This document shows positions 27,289-39,400 of a stretch of 64,000 bases of DNA, one piece after another. Each line of letters begins with the position of its first letter. The first letter of the stretch is position 1. The stretch comes from Pelagomonas calceolata (lineage: Eukaryota). A program made the position numbers and the translations under genes. Location: contig CAKKNE010000001.1 in NCBI GenBank assembly GCA_918797485.1, forward strand, positions 248,001-312,000. Direction: 5' to 3'. Under the pieces are notes generated by a model, which ran no database searches, was not told the DNA's origin, and was given only the letters and a program-made list of their open reading frames with translations.

Positions 27289-28071
27289 TTTGTCGCGCCG
27301 CGTTTGCGTCGGCTGCGGCAGCGCTCGGTGTGCCTCCGACAGCGCTGGCGGCGTCCCGCGGGCCCGCGGTCGCCGCGTATACGGCGAGTCAGATTTCGGA
27401 GGATACTACCTATGTGGCCTCGGCGGCCGCGGACGGCGTACGACCGAAGCTGGCGAGAGAGCTGGCGGTCAGAGTGACCCGCCGAGATGCTCTGCTTGCC
27501 GCCGGCGCGGCAAACTAGCCGCGCTCCGAGCGGCAGTGCGAGCGGACGTGGGCCTGCATGAGCGCCGAGTTCGGTTTCAAAGGAAACAACGTCCCAGGCA
27601 CGCACCACCGCTCCGCGACGGGACCCGTAGTACGCCTCGGCGCACACCACAACCGGCGCAGGGGCCGGGCAAGCGGGAGTCACCGCGGGAGTCGCGGCAA
27701 CCCAAGCACAGGAAGACCACACGGGGCAGCGGTCCGCCGGAGGGGGCTCCGGCGGAGCGGTGGGGCCGCGGACGGGCCTTGTGATCCTAAATCTCAGGGA
27801 CTACAGGCTACCGGCGGTTTTATGTTACATCCCATTAGGAAAGCCAGCAGCCGGACGCCGCTATTATCATCCCGCGCGACAGCCGCGTCCATAAAAAGAC
27901 GCGCGAGGCAGCCTTGAAAGGCATCGTACGGAGCCGACGGACGCCTCCCCAAGCGCGCGGCGCGTTTGGGGGCAGCTTAACGCCAGAATGGGGCAGCCCC
28001 CAAAAGAGTAGCGCCGGGAGAATGAACCGCCGCGCCCCGCAGGTTCTAAAGCAACACCTACGTAAGCAACC

Positions 28072-29406
28072 ATGCGCGAGATCGTCCACATCCAGGGCGG
28101 CCAGTGCGGCAACCAGATCGGCGCCAAGTTCTGGGAGGTCATCTCCGACGAGCACGGCGTCGACCCGACGGGCACGTACCACGGCGACTCGGACCTCCAG
28201 CTCGAGCGCATCAACGTCTACTACAACGAGGCGACGGGCGGCCGCTACGTGCCGCGCGCCATCCTCATGGACCTCGAGCCCGGCACCATGGACTCGGTCC
28301 GCGGGCCCCTTCGCCAGCTCTTCCGCCCGGACAACTTCGTCTTCGGCCAGACGGGCGCGGGCAACAACTGGGCCAAGGGCCACTACACGGAGGGCGCCGA
28401 GCTCATCGACTCGGTCCTCGACGTCGTGCGCAAGGAGGCCGAGTCCCGCGACTGCCTCCAGGGCTTCCAGCTCGTCCACTCCATGGGCGGCGGCACGGGC
28501 GCCGGCATGGGCACGCTCCTCATCTCGAAGATCCGCGAGGAGTACCCCGACCGCGTCATGTCGACCTCCGTGATCCCGTCGCCCAAGGTGTCGGACACGG
28601 TCGTCGAGCCCTACAACGCGACGCTCTCGGTGCACCAGCTCGTCGAGAACTCGGACCAGTGCTTCACGCTCGACAACGAGGCGCTCTACGACATCTGCTT
28701 CCGCACGCTCAAGCTCACGACGCCGACGTACGGCGACCTCAACCACCTCATCGCGGCGGCGGTCTGCGGCACGACGTGCTCGCTCCGCTTCCCGGGCCAG
28801 CTCAACTGCGACCTCCGCAAGCTCGCGGTCAACATGGTCCCGTTCCCCCGGCTCCACTTCTTCATGGTCGGCTTCGCGCCGCTCACGTCGCGCGGCTCGC
28901 AGCAGTACCGCGCGCTCACGGTGCCGGAGCTCACGCAGCAGCAGTTCGACGCCAAGAACATGATGTGCGCCGCCGACCCGCGCCACGGCCGCTACCTCAC
29001 GTGCTCGTGCCTCTTCCGCGGCCGCATGTCCACGAAGGAGGTCGACGAGCAGATGCTCAACGTCGTCAACAAGAACTCGTCGTACTTCGTCGAGTGGATC
29101 CCGAACAACGTCAAGTCGGCCATCTGCGACATCCCCCCGAAGGGCCTCAAGATGGCGACGACGTTCATCGGCAACACGACGGCCGTCCAGGAGACGTGGA
29201 AGCGCGTCGCCGAGCAGTTCACGGCCATGTTCCGCCGCAAGGCGTTCCTCCACTGGTACACGGGCGAGGGCATGGACGAGATGGAGTTCACCGAGGCCGA
29301 GTCCAACATGAACGACCTCGTCTCCGAGTACCAGCAGTACCAGGACGCGACGGCCGAGGAGGAGGGCGAGTTCGACGAGGACGAGGAGGGCGACGACATG
29401 ATGTAA
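28072..29406 (+). CDS. TUBB: Beta-tubulin
   Basis: [24 protein letters not shown], acidic tail. Intronless with extreme GC3; small indels at conserved sites. Confidence 0.99.
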   Translation: MREIVHIQGGQCGNQIGAKFWEVISDEHGVDPTGTYHGDSDLQLERINVYYNEATGGRYVPRAILMDLEPGTMDSVRGPLRQLFRPDNFVFGQTGAGNNWAKGHYTEGAELIDSVLDVVRKEAESRDCLQGFQLVHSMGGGTGAGMGTLLISKIREEYPDRVMSTSVIPSPKVSDTVVEPYNATLSVHQLVENSDQCFTLDNEALYDICFRTLKLTTPTYGDLNHLIAAAVCGTTCSLRFPGQLNCDLRKLAVNMVPFPRLHFFMVGFAPLTSRGSQQYRALTVPELTQQQFDAKNMMCAADPRHGRYLTCSCLFRGRMSTKEVDEQMLNVVNKNSSYFVEWIPNNVKSAICDIPPKGLKMATTFIGNTTAVQETWKRVAEQFTAMFRRKAFLHWYTGEGMDEMEFTEAESNMNDLVSEYQQYQDATAEEEGEFDEDEEGDDMM

Positions 29407-29586
29407 GCAGCGCGATTACGAGGCCGCTGCGCCGAGAATGCTTCCGTCAAATCCCCCCCGACCGATCTTCGCCGACGCAACGTACGAGTAAAAAATTAAA
29501 AATAAACTCCTACATACATAACGACCGCGGCACTTCTCTACTACGGCGCGTCGACAAGGCGTGAGATCTATTGTTACGCGAGTCTA

Positions 29587-30484
29587 CTAGTAGGGCATCT
29601 GAGGCATAACCTCGGCGAAGCCCGTCCCGTCGCGTCGCTCGCCGGTGACCGCAAAGGCCGCGCCCATGCCGCCGCGTCTCCGGGAGTCGATGCGCGCGAG
29701 CGCGGTCATGATGTCGTCGTGGTAGACCTTCGCGCGCGCCAGCGCCGGGCGCGCTGGGTCCGCGTGGAACTTTATCGAGCGCCAGCTCCAGCAGGCGCCG
29801 CGCCTCGTCGAGGTCTTGCGCGACGCCCTCGGCGTTCTCGTAGCACGTGGCCATGCCGTTGAGGCCCTGGACGCAGCCCTGGTCGGCGGACATTTTATAG
29901 TAGCGGAAGCCCTCGGCCGCGTCCATCGGGACGCCGTTGCCCATGCAGTACCGGGCGCCGAGGGTCCCCTGGCACTCGACGTCGCCGATCGCCGCGCCCG
30001 CGATCCAGTACTTGCACGCCGTTTCCTGGTCCGGGACGACGCCGTTGCCGTGCGCATAGATGTAGCCGAGCTCCGCGTAGGCCTTCCCGTCGCCGCCTTC
30101 GGCGCTGCGGTGCAGCGCCGCCATCGTGCCGTGCTTCCGCTCGTAGGCCTTGAACGGCGGGGAATCGAGCGGGAGTTCGGTGTCGTCTCCGCCGCCCGCG
30201 GCGCGTGGCGGCGTCGCCTTGCCCTTCGCCGGCGTGACGCGTGGCGACGGCGACGCCGCCGCCGCGCCACCGCCCTTGCTCTTCACCGTGACCGGCTTGT
30301 CCGCGGTCGTGCATTCGACGCAGCGGCGGACCTGCCGCGCCTTCCACGCCTTCTTGGAGAAGGCATCCTGCGGCTTGTCCTCGTGGCAGGCGCTGCACGT
30401 CTTCATTGTGGTTGATATCGACGTGGCGTCCAGCTCGGCGGACAGGTCGAAGCCGTCCGGGCCGGCCTCGAGCACCTCGGCCAT
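29587..30484 (-). CDS. Sel1-repeat protein with an N-terminal CxxC...CxxC zinc-finger-like motif
   Basis: LGYIYAHGNGVVPD, LGARYCMGNGVPMD, MATCYENAEGVAQD; CSAC...CVEC; frameshift near 29770. Confidence 0.8.
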
Positions 30485-30837
30485 AGCTCGAGTTACGCGG
30501 CAAAGACGGAGGCAGCGATCTGTGTCGAAGGTGCGCGCTACTCCTCGCGAGCCGTGGTGCGATGCGCGCAGCCTGATCTATCCGAGTGGCCACAAGGCAG
30601 GCGCCTAGGCACAGCCAAAGCTAGCCTGCCAAATCGGGAGATAGACACACTAGCCGCACCAAAAAGAAGGGTGACTGGCGCCGATATCGCGTAATTCATA
30701 GCTATATCCAGGCCGCCGACGAGTCGTTGCGCGCCGGCGTCGGGGGCGCCCCCCACGAAGACTTCCGCTCGACGAGGCTGCCCAAGCGACGCGTGTAGGG
30801 CTGTTGTTGCATCGCATTGGTGAAAAAAAGCACAACC

Positions 30838-31746
30838 ATGGGCCTCCCGCACCGCGTCATACTGTGCGCCACCCTGGCAGTCGCGCAGAACATGGGGCAA
30901 TGGGTCGGCGGCGAGCACTGCGCGGGCTCCCACTGCGGGCCCGGCAAGGACGAGAAGGAGGCAAAGCGCTGCGAGCACCCGGCCGGCGCCGGCGCCCACG
31001 TGCTCTACAACGCGTCAGTGGCGGTCGGTGACAAGACGGAGCACCTGACGACGCGGTGGGTCCACGCCGTCGTCGACGGGCGCATCCTCAATCCCCTGAC
31101 CGGCGCCTGCGCGGGCGAGACGGTTGAGGTTGACGAGTTTCCCGAGGAGTTCCGGCATCGTGCGAGCGAGAAAGGAGCGAAGGTGCTGGCGGAGGTCGTG
31201 CACGTGACGAGCGCCGACGACGTTCGGCTGATCGACGCGCTGAAGGCGCGCGAGTTTGACGTCGCCGCGAAGCTCGTGAACGAAGATCACGTGGGCGTGA
31301 ACGCGCGCGACGACCACGGCGTGCCGGCATTGTCGATTGCGGTGCAGCTGCGGCAGCCCGTGCTGGCCGCTTCTCTATTAAATGCGGTGGATCCTCGCGT
31401 CGACGTCGACGCCGCGACGCCATCCGGATACACGGCCCTCCACTTCGCCGTCGGCTCCAACGACCGCAACGTCGTCAAAGCCCTACTGCGACGAGGCGCG
31501 GACCCGAACGCGCAGATCACGCAGGAACAGTCGGGTGGCTGGGGCCCGCTGCACTTCGCCTGCCGGTTGGGTCACCTGGAGATCGCCAAATCACTCTTAG
31601 ATTTCGATGCGGATCCGTTATTAACTGGCAATGCGGGCGAAAACGCGTTCAAGGTCGCGGAGGACGCGGCGGTCCCCTACGCGACGCGCAAAAAGATCGC
31701 CGGACTACTCAACGAGGCCATGGCGCGGCGCGGCGGGGAGCTTTAA
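30838..31746 (+). CDS. Ankyrin-repeat protein with signal peptide
   Basis: GYTALHFAV, GWGPLHFACRLGH, GADPN; hydrophobic N-terminus. Confidence 0.8.
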   Translation: MGLPHRVILCATLAVAQNMGQWVGGEHCAGSHCGPGKDEKEAKRCEHPAGAGAHVLYNASVAVGDKTEHLTTRWVHAVVDGRILNPLTGACAGETVEVDEFPEEFRHRASEKGAKVLAEVVHVTSADDVRLIDALKAREFDVAAKLVNEDHVGVNARDDHGVPALSIAVQLRQPVLAASLLNAVDPRVDVDAATPSGYTALHFAVGSNDRNVVKALLRRGADPNAQITQEQSGGWGPLHFACRLGHLEIAKSLLDFDADPLLTGNAGENAFKVAEDAAVPYATRKKIAGLLNEAMARRGGEL

Positions 31747-31756
31747 GACATAAACA

Positions 31757-33267
31757 TTAACCGTAGCGCGCGCCTCCACCGAACCAGTCCTCTCCTTCAC
31801 TAGCCGTGCGCACGACGAGCGTCTTCGAGGCCGTGTACGCGTTTTGAGAATCGCGCCCGTTCTCTCGCCCTACACCAGATTTCAGAAAACCGCCCCACGG
31901 CGCGTCGGGACCGTTCCGGTGGTGGCAGTTGACCCAGGTCACGCCGGCGTGCAATTTTGAGGCGACGCGGTGCGCTCGCCCTACATCGCGCGTCCACACG
32001 GCAGCGCCGAGCGCGTACGCGCTCGCGTTCGCTTTTGCGATCGCGTCGGCCTCGTCGTCGAAGGGCGCTATACATACGACCGGCGCGAAGCACTCCTCCC
32101 GGAAGCACGGCAGGTCCACGCTGCCGGCGAGCACCGTCGGCCGGAAGAAGTAACCGCGCTCTGCGCACGGCTCCGAGCCGCCAGCTAAGATTTCGGCGCC
32201 GCTCTCATCCACAAAACGCCGCGCCGCCGCGAGTGCCTTCGCCGAGACCAGAGGCCCAACTTCCGTCTCCGGCGCGAAGGGATCTCCGACGCGTAGCGCA
32301 TCCGCTCTTTTCGCGAGTCGGGACGCGAACTCGTCGTAGATGCTTCGCGCGACGAAGATGCGCTTCGCCGAGACGCACGTCTGCCCCGCAGCTAAGAAAG
32401 CCGCGAAACAAGCACCAGCGACCGCTTGGTCCAGGTCGACGTCGTCAAAAATTAGTAGAGGCGCGTGGCCCGCGAGCTCGGCGCCGTACGACGCGGCGCG
32501 AGCGCCAGCGATCGCGCCGAGCGCCTGCCCGCCGCCGCACCGCCCGGTCAAATCGACGCTGGCCACGGCTTCGTGCGCCGCGAGCGCCGTCGCCGCGTCG
32601 GCGCCGCCGGGAGCACGTTCACCACCCCGGGCGGCGCGCCACTCACCGCGAAGATCTCGCCCAGTCTGATGATAGACCCCGGCGCGAGGTCCGACGGCTT
32701 GACGACGGCCGTGTTGCCCGTGGCCAGGCAGGGCGCGAGCTTCTTCGACGCGATGAGCAAGGGGTGGTTGAACGGAGTGATGAGTCCGCAAACGCCGAGC
32801 GGTACTTTCTGGACCACACACAGATGGTCCGGGTCTCCAATAAAATTCGGCGCCGCGCCCTCCGTCGTCTCGGCGAGCGACGCGTGGTACTCAAACCACT
32901 CCGGGACCCTTCCCAATTGTGCTTGGTACTCCCGCCGGGGCCGGCCCGTCTGGCGCGTCTCTATGTCACACAGCTCGGGCACGCGCCTTCGCAGCTCTTG
33001 CGCTGCGTTGCGTAGGATCGTTGCCCGCTTCTTGGCCCCTACGTCGCGCCAGGCCGGCCACGCGGCTTTGGCGGCGTCCACCGCCGCGGCGACGTCCGCT
33101 GGGCCGGCCGTCGCGCACGTCGCTACTGCTGCGCCGGTGGCCGGGTCCTCGATGTCGATTGTCGCACCGTCGGCCGCTTCGCGCAGCTCGTTCTGCACGA
33201 AGAGCGGGAAGTGCGCCATGTTTCGGCGGCATCGATGCACCCAGCGTGCGCGCACCGCGCGCAGCAT
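31757..33267 (-). CDS. Aldehyde dehydrogenase (probably mitochondrial presequence)
   Basis: ITPFNHPL, GNTAVVKPS, ELAGHAP, AGQTCVS, EECFAPV, PWGGFLKSGVGRE; frameshifts at about 32540-32600. Confidence 0.92.
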
Positions 33268-33777
33268 GCTGTAATCGATGTGTTCTAGCTAAATCTGAGC
33301 GCTGTAACTTGGGCAGCGCTGCCGTCAGGCTCGGAAATGAGTAATGCGCTAGCGATATTACCACGGCACGCCCGGAAACACTCGAAAAACCTGGAAATTG
33401 GCTAGTCAGAGAAACCCGTTTTGTTGATGCTTTTTCGAGAAGTCCAAACACCACATGTGCCGCGCACAGAGGTACGGCGATACGGCAGGCCTTCGATCGC
33501 CCCGAGAGTTCCGCGACCCGCGCCGCCTAAAATCGGTTGCAAGCCAACGTGCGCGAAGGCTGTGCGCGTACGACGGAGCAGGCTCCGGGGTTTCCCCATT
33601 TAAGCTGCCACCACACGCACGGCTCCACGTCTACGACTCGGGGCAGCCCAACGACGCGCGCCGGGCAGCAAAGTCCCCACCCTAGCGTGAGCCCCACGCC
33701 GTCGACGCGACGCCCACCGCCGGCGGGACACGCGACGCCACGCCCCAACGACGCGGCACCACGGCCGTGACGCCACG

Positions 33778-35574
33778 ATGGCCGACGCCTCCGAATCACT
33801 AAGGACGCTCCGAATAGCCCATGCTGAATTACAGAGGCGCTGCCGCAAGCAAGCCAAGCAGCTGAAAGACAAAGACACCGCATCCGTCGGCAAGAACGCG
33901 ACCCTCCAGGCCGAGAATTTGAGCTTGCGGCAGCGCACGAAGCACCTGAGCCAGAAGCTGAAGGCCGTGCAAGAGCACGCCGAGAAGGCACGCCTCACCT
34001 ACCAGCGCCGGGCGACGGCGGAGGCGGCCGGGAGTGGCGCCGTGCGGGCGGCCGAGGAGTTCTGTCGGAGGGCGGAAGAGGCCGAAGAGCGAACGCGGGA
34101 GGCCCTGCAGGAGAACGCGGAGCTACAAAATCATGTCAAGCAGTTGAAATCAGCCTTAACGTTGCAAGGCAAGCAGATCACGTTCTCCGGGACGGCGCCG
34201 CGGACGCCCAAAGACGCTCTCGAGAGTTATCTCGCCTCGGAGGACGTCCTGGGCGTGGCGAGTCCTTCAGTACAAGCCCGGTCGCCCAATCTACATGATG
34301 ACTGGCACACGCGCTACGACGAAGCGTCGAAGCGGTTGGCCGAGGCGGAACGGACCGCTTCGGACCAAGCGGTCATGATCGCCGGGCTCCAACAACAGAT
34401 CGCGCGCGACGCCGGGCGGCCGCCGCCATCACCCTTGCATTTCGGCCGCCGAGAACCGGAACCTTTTGACACGTTCCCGCCCATCGAGGCCGCGTCGACG
34501 CGCGACGACGAGCCCACGGACTTCGCGTCGACGCGCGACGAGCCTGATTTCGAGACACCCGCCAAACGCGAGTCCCTGCCGCCCATCGACGACGCCGCCG
34601 CGGAGGTCAAGGCCGAGCTGCGGTTGATCCGGGAGAGCCAGGAGGCATTGGTGAGGAGCTTTAGGGAAAGACCGGCGGAACCCGGTGTCGTCGAGAAGGA
34701 CTCGGCGGCCCTCGCCAATGCGCGAAAGCGGGCCCAGGACGCCGAGGAGACCCTCGCCAAAGTGCGGGACGAGGCGCGTGCTCTCCGAGACGACCTCGAC
34801 CAGCGGGATAAGATCGTGAGGGAGCTGCGGAACGAAATCCAAGCTCGCGACGGGCGCGTCGCCGAGCTCGAGACGAAGGCGCGCGTCGCGTCGTTGTCCT
34901 TCGGGGACGTCGAGGCGAAGTTGGAGGCGGCGGCGGCGGCGCGGGCCGACGCCGAGGAACGCGTCAAGGAGGCGACGGCGGCGCGCGACAAGGCCGAGGG
35001 GCGGCGCGCCGAGGCGTTCCGGGCGCGCGAGGACGCCGACGCGGCGCGCGAGGCGGCCGAGGTGAAACTCGAGGAGGCCGTGGCAAGGGCGGACGCCGCC
35101 GAGGCGCGGCTCGCCGAACGGAGCGCCGCGGCGCCGGCTCCGGTCGAACGGACGCCCGCGCGGCCGACTACCGCGGACCTGCCGCTCTCCGCGGGCTCGC
35201 CGCTCTCGCCGGACGCGCCGCCGGCGCTCGCGGCGGGGCCGTTGTCTCCGCGCGACCCGCCGACATCGATCTCGCCGCGGCGCGGGGCCCCGACGCCGGC
35301 CGCGCCGGCAGCATCGACCGTCGCGCCGGCAGCAGCATCGACCGTCGCGGCGGCGGCGCCATCCGTCGAGGCGTCGAAGCCGGCCGCCGCCGCGCCGCCC
35401 GCGGAGGTGTCGCCGGACAAGGCCTCTGTGCTCGCCGTCGCCGCTCGCGTCGACGCGGCCGCGGCCGCGGCGTTCGCGGCCGGCCAGGCGGCCGCAGCCG
35501 TTAACCTGAGGCCTCCCGCGCCGGCGGCGCCGCGCGAGCTGCCGAGGGTGTGGTGGTCGGCGCCCGGGGAGTAA
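33778..35574 (+). CDS. Long coiled-coil protein with Pro/Ala-rich tail
   Basis: 598-aa open ORF with heptad-rich A/E/R/L/K composition. Confidence 0.7.
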   Translation: MADASESLRTLRIAHAELQRRCRKQAKQLKDKDTASVGKNATLQAENLSLRQRTKHLSQKLKAVQEHAEKARLTYQRRATAEAAGSGAVRAAEEFCRRAEEAEERTREALQENAELQNHVKQLKSALTLQGKQITFSGTAPRTPKDALESYLASEDVLGVASPSVQARSPNLHDDWHTRYDEASKRLAEAERTASDQAVMIAGLQQQIARDAGRPPPSPLHFGRREPEPFDTFPPIEAASTRDDEPTDFASTRDEPDFETPAKRESLPPIDDAAAEVKAELRLIRESQEALVRSFRERPAEPGVVEKDSAALANARKRAQDAEETLAKVRDEARALRDDLDQRDKIVRELRNEIQARDGRVAELETKARVASLSFGDVEAKLEAAAAARADAEERVKEATAARDKAEGRRAEAFRAREDADAAREAAEVKLEEAVARADAAEARLAERSAAAPAPVERTPARPTTADLPLSAGSPLSPDAPPALAAGPLSPRDPPTSISPRRGAPTPAAPAASTVAPAAASTVAAAAPSVEASKPAAAAPPAEVSPDKASVLAVAARVDAAAAAAFAAGQAAAAVNLRPPAPAAPRELPRVWWSAPGE

Positions 35575-35651
35575 TTTGGGCTCAGGCTAGTTACGTCGCA
35601 GGGTCCCCCGTACCCCTCCCGCTCCCCCCGGGCCCACCCGTCCGATTTGAT

Positions 35652-35671
35652 CTAGCGGCGTAAGATACTAG
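35652..35671 (-). promoter_or_regulatory. CTAG-box intergenic motif copy
   Basis: Reverse complement is ctagtatcttacgccgctag, about 200 bp upstream of ATG 35872. Confidence 0.55.
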
Positions 35672-35871
35672 CAAGCAGCTCTGGCAAACTTGACATTTGC
35701 TGTCAGTGCATCTGTTCGAGCAACTCCCCGCTGAACAGAAGACCGAGAAGGCATCATTTGATTGCTTCCGTCGATCCCTGTAGCCACTGCAAGCGCCGGG
35801 GCACGAGACTACTGAATCTGAGCCTGCCAGTGCTCATCTGCTGTCAGGTTGCTGCTTGCCCCAAATTCACC

Positions 35872-36384
35872 ATGCGGTGCTTGTTAGGACTCCTCGTAGC
35901 CAGCGCGACGGCGCTCCGACCTGTGGCGCGCCGCGCGGCCCTCAAAACTCTGAGCACGCTCGTCGCGCTGCCCACCGCCGCGACCGCCATTTCAGGAGGC
36001 GGCAAGGACTACGCCGAAGCAACCATAAAAAACCAGAACTTCGACGGCCAGAAGCTCGACAACAAGGACTTTAGCGGCGCGGACGCGGTAGACACGAGCT
36101 TCAAGAAGGCGAGCCTCCGCGGCGCGCGCTTCTTCAAATCCGACTGTGAAAGGGCCGATTTTACAGGAGCCGACCTCACGGGCGCGTCCTTCGAGAGCGC
36201 CAACTTAAAAGATGCGGTCCTCGCCGGCGCGAAAGCCGAGGGCACGGCGTTCTCGCAGACGATCTTGGATGCGAAGTCCTTCGAGGGCGCGGACTTCACG
36301 GAGGCGGTGGTCCAGCCCTACGTGCAGAAGGAGCTCTGCAAGCGGGTTTCTGGGAATACGGCGGAGAGCCTCTTCTGCCCCTGA
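35872..36384 (+). CDS. Thylakoid lumenal pentapeptide-repeat protein (TL15-like)
   Basis: Signal peptide + RRAAL twin-arginine + AxA site; SGGGKDY, ADFTGADLTGASFE repeats; C-terminal LC...TAESLFCP. Confidence 0.85.
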   Translation: MRCLLGLLVASATALRPVARRAALKTLSTLVALPTAATAISGGGKDYAEATIKNQNFDGQKLDNKDFSGADAVDTSFKKASLRGARFFKSDCERADFTGADLTGASFESANLKDAVLAGAKAEGTAFSQTILDAKSFEGADFTEAVVQPYVQKELCKRVSGNTAESLFCP

Positions 36385-36470
36385 TGAGTAAGAGATACAA
36401 TTCAAGTGTTATGTACACCGTATAGAGAGAGAGATTGGACGCGCAGATGGACGTCCGGTAAAGTACGAAT

Positions 36471-39400
36471 TCAGTCGTGGGGCGGCGCCGGGTTGCCGTT
36501 CCGCGGCGTGTTCGCCGGCGAGCCCCTACATTCCGCTAAAGTAGGAGCCGTCGGCGCTATCACCCTAACTTGCCCGGACGGGCTGATCTCGCGCAGGGGC
36601 GAGCCGCGCTCCGGCGACGACGCCGCCATCGAGGACGGAGGCGAGGGCGGCGCGTCGGCGTCGGCACTTTTCATGGCCCGTTCCACTTGATCCCTTTGAC
36701 TTTCCATGGCCCTTAATTCAGCAACCGAAGCCTGGTACAAGCCGTGGCGCTGGCCCAATGAAGCTCTACTGCGAACAGCCTGGGCCTGGAAGTTGATGGC
36801 TTCGTCTAAGACAAGTAGCCCGGCCCGCCTCGCAGATAAGGAGTCGCGCTGCTGGAGCATCTTGCTACCTTGATGGCGCCGGACGCGCGCCAGGCCCGCG
36901 AGCGCGTGCGCCGCTGGTGCTGCGCCGGCGCCTCGTCGAACGTGTAATTCCTTAATGCCAGATCGAAGAACGCCCGCGCCGCGTCGAAGATGGCCATTTC
37001 GACCGTCAACGATCCTAGTGATACGGCCACTTGCGCGACGTCCAAATGCGAACCATTCCCATCTTCCCTGATACGCAGAGCCTCCATCAATTTACCCTCG
37101 GCCTTTTTGTACAATGCAGAACGCTCTAGTATTAACGTAGATCCATATAAGTCGTCGTCCTCCATTGATGAAGTGGAGGCCGAGCCCCACCTGTGTCGAA
37201 CGACAGCGTCACGACGCGGCCGCGGCTCGCTCGCGAGACGCGCAGACGCTCTGATGATCATGAAGACGGCGTCACGGCGGTGTGGCATCGCGTTGACGCC
37301 ATCGACGCGAAGTTGAAGTTCGGAAAAGTTCGGAAACCACGCTGAGTCAGCACCTTCGACCGCTAGCAGGTGGAGGCACCTTCTGATATTTCACGAATTT
37401 CTTCGCCGAGACCTGTTTTTTCAGAGAAGGTTTCCGGAGCACGGTCCGCGCGTCGCCGTGCACGACGTCGCACAACCGCTTGTTCTTCTCGCGGCCCACG
37501 CGCTGCGCGCAGTTCTGGTAGAAGGTCCCGAAGCCGTTCAAAGCACTCGCAGCAAAGGGTAGGTCGTTGCGCTTCTTCGCTATGCGCACGGCGTGCGCAA
37601 AGCAGCCCTCCGTGAGCCGGCAGCGTCGTCTGCTCTCCAAAGCTACTCCGGAACGCATGAGGCACCATCCGAGTTGGTTCAGCGCTCTTGCTAATAAGTC
37701 GAGTTCCTCGTTCGGTAACTCAGTTTCATTTTTAGCTATACAACCAGCACTAAAGTCGGCCTCCGCGAGCTCGTCGGAGTCGACGCCGAGCATCTCTAAT
37801 CCCCTTGTGAGGAGGGGTATCGGGCCTTCTCCTAAAGGCGCTTGCTCTCGGTCCACATCTCTTGGCCTAGGTGCCAATTCAAACCTCGCATAGAGTTCAG
37901 CCAACCCTAGAAAAGCTGACAATCGAGCAGCTTTCGCTAGCGATAATTTCCCGACTTCCTCTTCGACGAAGGACGGCTGCTCCATGCTTACGACCCTTCT
38001 ATAATGCTGTTCCGCTTCTCGGTACAAGCCTAGCGCCGTGGCATCCCTCGCAGCCAACAGACTATATTCTTTCGCCTTGCCGTCTAGAGACCGTGATTTC
38101 GTGCTATGATCAGCCAACAACAGATGCAAGTCCTTCGTCGTGAGTTTCAAGGCAGCGACGACCGTGTCGATGGCTCTCCGTTCGTCCGTATGCGTGATGC
38201 ATTCCCGACCTTCCAAGACACATAGACAGTCCTCGAAGAACTCCGCGATGCGCCGGTGGTACTCGCGCTTCTGCTCGTCGGGCACCACCCCATAAATCAC
38301 CTCGGCGATTTGCTGGTTCCTAAACCGGTACAGGCCCGCCGGCCGCCTGTTTCTCTTGGCTCTTTCTGATGCTCTAAACTTCTCCAGTAAATCTTCATGA
38401 TCTACTGGTTCTGCCGAATCCGATCTTAATCTAGTTTCCGTGCTTCCGACGTCCGAACTATCGCCACCCACGACACTTCCGCGACACGACATGCGGTCGC
38501 CCGCAATGGACCGTAGGTCGTCGCCCGCCACAGATCTAAAGTCATCCCCATAATTCGACGCGCGCCCGCCGCCGTACACCGAACCGCCTAGATCGCCCCG
38601 CTCCTCCGCAATTCGTTGCGACCAAGCTAGGCGCTGTGCCGCTCTAGTGTTTTGCGTATCGGTGCCATGCGAATCCGCCACGATCAACTGAGCTTTCACT
38701 AACTCGTCGATGGCGTCGTCGTTGCCGCTATCCTTCGGGCCCGGAAAGCACGTCCGCAGCGCCTCTTTATGAAACACTGCGCCAAATGCGGAAGCGAGCT
38801 TCGCGAAGGTAGTCGCGTTCAAACTCAAAGCGTCGAGCTTCTGCGTGATGATGCCTTCGAGACCCGACGGCATGATGCTGTTGTCGTCGGGCGAGGGGAT
38901 CGACAACGACTCGAGCGCCAACACGCGCCGCCAGACGCCGTCCGCCTCCTTCATGAGGTACCGGGCGTGGCGCCGCTCCAGCACCCAGGAGACGCAGGCC
39001 GTCGCCGCCACGACGGTAGCACTTCTGGCAGCGTTCGTCAGCATGGCCCGCTCGCCGACGACCGTCCCCTCGCTAATTTCGGCCACTTTCACGCCGGCCA
39101 CGAAGCACTCCATCGTCCCCTCCAGCAGGATGTAGACCGTCGACCCCTGCTCTCCTTCACTGATCACAGTTTCTCCAGGTGCGCTATGTAGTCTACGCAG
39201 TCGATGGCAGACGTACCTGTGTGGAGACGTGTGGACTCTCATGCGGTCTCAATGAAGACGTCGCGGCGGTGCGGCTTCGTGGAGACGCCAGCGCCGCCAC
39301 CAGATCAAGTTCAAGGTCAACTTCAACACCGAGTCAGTACGAGAACTTTTTTTCATCATCTAAATTAATGAAGCACGGCACTTTTCTGAGAGCGCTCCGC

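Noticed and set aside
28280..28580. Frameshifts in many genes (USP, TLC, Gfo/Idh, ALDH, Sel1, cyclase, PDE linker, cathepsin) read as programmed frameshifting, RNA editing or mass pseudogenisation
   Set aside because: Even beta-tubulin shows compensating losses in CG/G runs (DSVRGPLRQ instead of DSVRAGPFGQ; MSTSV missing a residue), which is typical of long-read consensus errors. Short-read polishing would settle it.
27835..29564. Long antisense and alternate-frame ORFs over beta-tubulin (and similar ones over other genes)
   Set aside because: An expected shadow of extreme GC3 bias, which removes stops in other frames; no protein-like features.
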